DNA from: Schizosaccharomyces osmophilus | Taxonomy: Eukaryota | Length of the DNA: 64,000 bases | Reading direction: 5' to 3' | Assembly (NCBI RefSeq): GCF_027921745.1 | Contig: NC_079239.1 | Coordinates: 2,046,001 to 2,110,000 of the forward strand | Part shown: positions 60,061-64,000 of the stretch, one piece after another | How the letters are laid out: each line of letters begins with the position of its first letter | How positions within the stretch are numbered: the stretch's first letter is position 1 | Translations under genes and position numbers: made by a program | The notes under the pieces: generated by a model | The model's database searches: none | What the model was told of the DNA's origin: nothing | Seen by the model: the letters and a program-made list of their open reading frames with translations, nothing else

Positions 60061-61525
60061 ATGAGAGAAGTAATTTCCGTTCACGTTGGTCAGGCTGGTG
60101 TGCAAATCGGTAATGGTACGGTGGTAAAATAAGAAAATAGTAACAAGGTCGCTTGCGAGAGCTATTTCCGAAAAATAATGGATGAGATGGATTACTGACC
60201 GCTTTATAGCATGCTGGGAGCTCTATTGTTTGGAACATGGCATTGGACCTGATGGTTATCCTTTGGATAAGACAAATCAAACACCCCACGGTACAAGCTA
60301 CCGCGACGATGGCTTCGCTACGTTTTTTTCAGAAACAGGACAAGGCAAGTATGTTCCTAGAAGCATTTATGTAGATTTGGAACCCAATGTTATCGATCAA
60401 GTGCGCACTGGTCCCTACCGCGATCTCTTTCACCCAGAACAAATGGTTTCTGGTAAGGAGGATGCCTCAAACAACTATGCTCGTGGTCACTACACGGTTG
60501 GAAAAGAAATGATTGAAGATACCCTCGAGAGAATTCGTCGTATGGCCGATAATTGTTCTGGCTTGCAAGGTTTCCTTGTCTTCCACTCATTTGGCGGTGG
60601 TACTGGTTCTGGTCTTGGTGCTTTACTTTTAGAACGTCTCAACATGGAATTCAGTAAAAAGTCCAATCTTCAATTTTCCGTCTATCCTGCACCTCAAGTC
60701 AGTACTTCTGTAGTGGAGCCCTATAACTCTGTTCTTACGACTCACGCTACTTTGGATAATTCGGATTGTACCTTTATGGTCGACAATGAAGCCTGCTATG
60801 ACATTTGCCGTCGTAACCTCGATATTGAACGTCCTACCTATGAAAACTTGAACCGCCTAATCGCTCAAGTGGTTTCGTCCATCACTGCTTCCTTGCGTTT
60901 CGCAGGAAGTCTAAACGTAGATCTTAACGAATTTCAAACCAACCTTGTTCCTTACCCAAGAATTCACTTTCCTCTTGTTACTTATTCCCCCATTATTAGT
61001 AAATCGAAAGCTTTCCATGAAGCCAACAGTGTTTCAGAGATTACCAATCAGTGCTTTGAGCCTTATAATCAAATGGTTAAATGTGACCCTCGTTCTGGTA
61101 GATACATGGCTACTTGCTTGCTTTACCGTGGCGATGTCATTCCTCGTGATGTTCAGTCCGCCGTTACCACTATTAAGGCCAAGCGTACCATTCAATTTGT
61201 CGATTGGTGCCCTACTGGTTTCAAGATTGGTATTTGCAGCCAACCTCCTCAACATATACCCGATAGTGGTATTGCTAAAGTGGATCGTGCAGTTTGTATG
61301 CTTTCGAACACTACTTCCATTGCTGAAGCATGGTCTCGTTTGGATCACAAATTCGATCTTATGTATAGCAAGCGTGCTTTCGTTCACTGGTATGTCGGTG
61401 AAGGTATGGAAGAAGGCGAGTTTTCTGAAGCAAGAGAAGATTTGGCTGCCTTGGAAAGAGATTATCAAGAAGTTGGTCAGGATTCTGCTGATAATGAAAT
61501 GTACGAAGCTGAAGACGAATATTAA
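60061..61525 (+). CDS. nda2: Alpha-tubulin 1; intron 60116-60209
   Basis: [33 protein letters not shown]-terminal EDEY. The single early intron and the neighbours fit nda2 rather than atb2. Confidence 0.93.
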
Positions 61526-62165
61526 TTCATCCTCTAATTACCTTCGTTTAACCCTTCATTCATTCGTTCTCTTATAACCCACAGGATACTCGTTCTTTAA
61601 TCACGCTTAACACTTCAGTTAATCCCTGTTTTGCATTACATAGCTGATGAGCTTCACATTCCCTAAACTATTCAAGAACGCCTTCTATCGAAACGATCGG
61701 CCTTTTATGGCCAGAGGATTTAATATCTAATTTTTCTATTTTTTATATCTGTCGATTAGATCCAATAAACGTTTGTCTTTGTATTATAAGCCTGATACTT
61801 TAATTCAAATTTGTGTTTGTTTACTAAACTATCTGTAACAAATAAAAGTAAATATTCTGGCATTTTTGAACTGCATGACCGCTTACTACGAATGCCTATT
61901 TACAACTGACGCAGGTACCTTTTAAAACCTAACGGTATATCGCTTCATGAAAATATTCGTAACATTAATACACTCTAAACCAAGATACTATTAATTGATA
62001 AAGAAATAAAATAAACAACTTAACAAGATACCATCACTTCTTCATAAAAAGAATCATTAAGCAAAACCAACAACAATGACTCATAATTAAAAACCCATGT
62101 TTTCACAATAAATTACAAAATTGCTCACAGAACGAGAGCCAAAGTTCCCTTTTCAGAAAACCTCT

Positions 62166-64000
62166 TTATACACCAACACTGGACTTTCTTTTTTTACGAA
62201 CTTGAGAAGAAGGAGTATTCATAGGAGCCTTCTGCATTCCAGGCAATACCATATTGTTTGGATCAAAACTTTGACCTGTGGAAGCTTCTGGAGGAGAAGT
62301 CAAATTAGAAATGTTCGTAAACTCATCAAAAACGGGATTTGATTCCGAAAAGGACTCTTCACTAGGAGCGACATTTAACACGCTCTCTAAATCAGAAGAA
62401 ATAGGCATGTTGTAGTTGTTATTTAAAGAAGAAGAAGCATAGGCAGGATTTCCGCTGGAGTCACCTTTCACATCAGAAAGAGGGATCCCTAATATATCAG
62501 CCAAAGCTTGAATATTTTGATCTTGCTTTGCGATCCCATCATTTACATTTGTGATTCGTTTCTGATCAGAAGCAAAACCTGGATAATAATTGGTAAGCTG
62601 TTCCTTGTTTGGGTAAGACGTATAAGAGGGGTTCATGTTGGACAAGTAATCGTTACATGAATATGGATTCAAAGCTGACCTATTGGAGACAGCACTATCA
62701 GCTGGATAACTATTATTTTGGGCACCATAAACAGGCATGCTATTTTGCTCAGGAGCAGGATCCACATTCGAAGGATACCCGGAATCTTGATAATCAAAAA
62801 GCAAAGGAGACAGCGCGTTCATATTTTCATTGTCCACTGTTCCGGCATCATCTAGCATGTTGATGATATCACCCGTATTCGATAACTTCGATTCTAAACC
62901 ATCATCTTCATTGGAATGAGTGGGCAATTCAGTGGATGGAGACCGATTTGGAGAGATGCCAGAATCCATTGTATTCGGAAGAGGTTCCACGGAATTCTTC
63001 CTCTGTGAATTTAACTCGTTCATTAAATTATGAGCATCCATATTTTTGGGAGATGCGGTATCAGACTTTGCTGCAGTAATATTGCTAGATGAGGCAGGAC
63101 CAGCTGACATAGATCGGAACCTTAATTCGGCGTCATTTTCCTGGTTTACGTTCGCAGGAGGAAACCCTGCATTAGTAGGTGTCACGTTGGAAGATGCATC
63201 AAAAGGAGAAGTACGGTTGGAGCTTAGGTTGGGATTTGAGTTTGGATTCAACGCAGAGGGGTATTTGGCTTCCAACAAAAGTCGGCGACTCTTGGGCATA
63301 ACTTTGCTTGCTGGCTTTTGTTTACCATCCAAGTACACGCTAGCAAGAAACCGAAGAATTTTATCAATAGTTTCCTGATGTCGACGTTGCCTCTCCCGGG
63401 TTTCGATGTTTTCTTGCCAAAGGGCAGCATTATCGACTTGAATTCGGTTTAGTTCGCTGGATAAATTCATTTGTTGATTTCGAATGTTCTGCAATTCCAT
63501 TGTAATTGTTGACATGTCTAATGAGTTAGCAGCATCGTCGGAAGCTTGAGAGCCACCCTTTTTTCTTGTAACGTAACATAAAAGTTCGGGTTGGTCGCGT
63601 TGAAAATTGGGATTGGCAAACTCAAGCAGCTCGTTGGGGCTGTCCGACTGCAAAACTCCCTGCTGAATATGAGGGACTTTATGAAAACCGTACACTAAAA
63701 TGACGTTAGTATCTTAAACACTAAGAGAAACATGGAGCCAAGCACCTTTGCGGAAATCAAAAGATCAAGAAAATCTCATCCCTAAATATTTTGGGACTAA
63801 GTTTGTCTGATCTTCTATAAGTACCTCATGAAGGTGCAATGGAAGGTCCTATTGCTTGCCAAACTCTTCAAATATACTTACTGTTTAACTGTCGTACAAA
63901 ACTCGAAAAGTTATTATGCTTGAAATACCGAGGAAGTACAAGTTTTGCGAAGTCCTCATGCCCGATGACGAAAAAGGAATCACCACGTTCGCTCCAGCGG
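62166..64000 (-). CDS. hsf1: Heat shock transcription factor Hsf1; 5' part beyond the window; intron 63695-63881
   Basis: DNA-binding domain [27 protein letters not shown]...[15 protein letters not shown], followed by a heptad trimerisation region. Confidence 0.95.

Noticed and set aside
60945..61577. 210-aa alternative-frame ORF and 144-aa antisense ORF
   Set aside because: They are by-products of tubulin codon bias. The 210-aa ORF has no ATG start, and neither has a recognisable domain.
1..64000. tRNA, 5S rRNA, LTR/Tf elements, wtf genes, CRISPR or prokaryotic systems
   Set aside because: I saw no recognisable signatures by eye. The DNA is eukaryotic and largely accounted for by conserved genes. 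tRNAscan-SE and Rfam scans would be needed to exclude small RNAs formally.

Overview
This is eukaryotic DNA from a fission yeast, most likely a non-pombe Schizosaccharomyces (octosporus/cryophilus/osmophilus type; the species cannot be fixed from the sequence alone). The window is gene-dense and has many short introns. It holds 33 protein-coding genes, mostly housekeeping, with clear S. pombe counterparts. In order: ncs1 (partial), RluA-type pseudouridine synthase, XPG/FEN1-family nuclease, sif3, pfs2, cid14, nucleotide-sugar transporter, get1, yta12, scs3/FIT, pek1, dbp8, bor1, npr3, pku80, DNAJC7-like, spn3, two tandem MDR oxidoreductases, thp1, ppr7, rsm25, rae1, tad1, nrm1, oga1, ufd1, cip1, MFS transporter, coa5, nda2 and hsf1 (partial). 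I derived exon structures by hand from splice signals and reading-frame continuity. S. pombe names and synteny are recalled from memory, not searched. I recognised no tRNA, rRNA, transposon or CRISPR. The signals least explained by the gene list are: (1) a 303-nt rae1 intron that folds into long G-U-containing stems on the pre-mRNA strand; (2) a cluster of splice signals and hairpins in the 1.4-kb ppr7-rsm25 gap, possibly an unannotated multi-exon transcript; (3) a tandem oxidoreductase duplication with a gene-conversion-like tract, next to a relocated thp1; (4) a GC-AG intron in pku80. None of these is established as a new system.
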